Below are positions 62,768-64,000 of a DNA stretch of 64,000 nt, in pieces. Location of the stretch: sequence record NZ_CP025192.1; one strand, written 5' to 3'. Below the pieces are notes generated by a model. That model was not told the DNA's origin, ran no database searches, and saw nothing but the letters and a program-made list of their open reading frames with translations. The stretch comes from a plasmid. The translations under genes and the position numbers were made by a program. Within the stretch, counting starts at the first letter, position 1. Each line of letters starts with the position of its first letter.

Positions 62768-63034
62768 ATGAGGCAGCGATACAGGGTCTGGCTGGAGGGG
62801 CTGGACGAGCGCAGCCGGGCGCTGGTGCGCCTCGGCGGTGCCTGGTCCCAGCGCCACTGGGCCAACACCGGCTTCTTCGACGTTCCCGGCCAGGTGATGC
62901 GGGATCTGGTCGCGGCAGGCTACGCCGAGAGCCGCAAGCCATCCCCGAATTGCCCCACCGAGTACCGTGGGCTGCCGCCGGCGGTGTTCGCCGCGCAGCC
63001 GATCAAGCGGACCAGCCCCGCCTTCGGCACCTGA
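62768..63034 (+). CDS. hypothetical small protein
   Basis: 88 aa MRQRYRVWLEGLDERSRALVRLGGAWSQRHWANTGFFDVPGQVMRDLVAAGYAESRKP. Confidence 0.4.
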   Translation: MRQRYRVWLEGLDERSRALVRLGGAWSQRHWANTGFFDVPGQVMRDLVAAGYAESRKPSPNCPTEYRGLPPAVFAAQPIKRTSPAFGT

Positions 63035-63165
63035 GCCGCTGACGGGCGCCTGAGCGCCCGGACCGCGGACCCTACGAACCCCCACCACGCAGAACGCCGC
63101 CGCGCCAACCCGGTCGCCCCTTCGGGCCACCGGGCGCTCGCGCGTGCGCGCACGGAGCCGATCCC

Positions 63166-64000
63166 ATGGCCAAGGCCGCCCCGTCCTCCCAGCTCAGCCT
63201 GTTCGATACCACCGCGCTCTCCTCGCCCTTCTCGCTGTTCGGCGACGGCGGCGGCGGCCTCCTGCCTGCCGCGGGAGGCGAGGACGACGAGGAGGAGAGC
63301 GCGTCGGCGCCGCTCGCGCCCGCCATCCCGCGCGTGGTGGCCCGGGACTTCCGACTCACCACCGAACGCGGCCTCGCCGCCGGCTGGAAGGCCCGCGCGG
63401 CCGACAACCTGGCCGCCATCCGGCTGATGCAGCGGATCGAGGGCGAGACCCGGCCGGCCACGGCCGAGGAGCAGGCGATCCTGGCGCGCTTCGTCGGCTA
63501 CGGGGCAGGCGATCTCGCCAACACCCTGTTCCGCCGCCCTGGCGAGGACTGGCGCGACGGCTGGGCCGAGCAGGGGGATGGGCTGGAGCAGGCAGTGTCG
63601 GCCAGCGAGCACGCCTCTCTCAGCCGCTGCACGCAATATGCCCACTTCACCCCGGAATACATCGTGCGGGCAGTCTGGGCCGGCCTGGGCCGCATGGGCT
63701 TCCGGCGCGGTGCCATCCTGGAGCCGGGCTGCGGCACCGGCCAGTTCCTGGCCCTGCGCCCGGATGGGATCGAGGACTGCTCGGCCGTCACCGGCATCGA
63801 GATGGACCCGGTGACCGCCCGCATCGCGGCGTTGCTGTATCCGAAGGCCTGGATCCGCAACGAGGATTTCTGCCGCGCGAAGCTGGTCGAGAATTACGAC
63901 CTCGCCATCGGCAACCCGCCCTTCTCGGACCGCACCGTGCGCGCCGAGGACCCGGCTGGCCGGCTCGGCCTCAAGCTGCACGACTACTTCATCGCCCGCG
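63166..64000 (+). CDS. N6-adenine DNA methyltransferase domain protein, 3'-partial (runs off window; likely large plasmid MTase/helicase)
   Basis: ATG 63166. SAM motif I ILEPGCGTGQFL, motif IV IGNPPFSD (N/D-PP-F). Open frame continues to the end of the window. Confidence 0.7.
   Translation, partial: MAKAAPSSQLSLFDTTALSSPFSLFGDGGGGLLPAAGGEDDEEESASAPLAPAIPRVVARDFRLTTERGLAAGWKARAADNLAAIRLMQRIEGETRPATAEEQAILARFVGYGAGDLANTLFRRPGEDWRDGWAEQGDGLEQAVSASEHASLSRCTQYAHFTPEYIVRAVWAGLGRMGFRRGAILEPGCGTGQFLALRPDGIEDCSAVTGIEMDPVTARIAALLYPKAWIRNEDFCRAKLVENYDLAIGNPPFSDRTVRAEDPAGRLGLKLHDYFIAR

Noticed and set aside
1-64000. CRISPR arrays, rRNA and tRNA genes
   Set aside because: No regularly spaced short direct repeats and no cloverleaf-like or rRNA-like conserved segments were recognised by eye. 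Integrase genes here are not visibly adjacent to a tRNA.

Overview
This is a high-GC (about 65-68%) alphaproteobacterial-type segment that reads like a mosaic plasmid. All product names below are inferred by eye from motifs and from the supplied ORF track; no database search was run. Coordinates are tied to the ORF track, with starts re-derived by codon counting. (1) An inverted pair of identical IS6-family copies brackets about 47.6 kb (1-646, cut by the window start, and 48224-49053). Just inside the left copy lies IS debris: a 76-bp IS6 left-end fragment abutting a truncated IS5-family transposase, then an IS4-family element. (2) Cargo next to that: a tyrosine integrase, a UDG-superfamily protein and VapBC, then a TonB-dependent receptor gene cut by an ISL3 element and a second integrase with a perfect 13-bp-arm palindrome at its start. 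(3) A defence island: a GmrSD-like (DUF262+DUF1524) type IV nuclease converging on a complete type-3 BREX operon (brxF-brxC-pglXI-brxHII-pglZ-brxA). The operon carries an extra translationally coupled gene between brxC and pglXI, an AT-rich pglXI, and an orphan Phd/YefM-like antitoxin gene upstream of brxF. (4) Two replication/partition modules: parA-parG-iterons-rep with recurring GCTAGCAG-type motifs, and a second parA-parG plus an RPA-type repA that is frameshifted and abutted by IS6. (5) A mobile-element-like block: two tandem tyrosine recombinases plus an excisionase-like HTH protein, a Phd/Doc pair, and accessory genes (membrane-anchored DUF559-like protein, HNH protein, Calx-beta/RTX/DUF4214 protein). 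(6) Beyond the right IS6 copy, a conjugative-plasmid leading-region-like cluster: Toprim/DUF3991, UvrD-like helicase, GHKL ATPase, ArdC, a PP-loop PAPS-reductase-like protein, a partial DNA methyltransferase and many small ORFs. The most unusual signal is in this last cluster: a roughly 110-130-bp GC-rich element with a conserved stem (compensatory change in one copy) sits in the same orientation just upstream of five consecutive gene starts. With it come shared TCCTCATG/CATGAGGA dyad operators next to a ribbon-helix-helix gene. I propose these are Frpo-like leading-region promoters or structured leaders coordinating early anti-defence genes. No rRNA, tRNA or CRISPR array was recognised.
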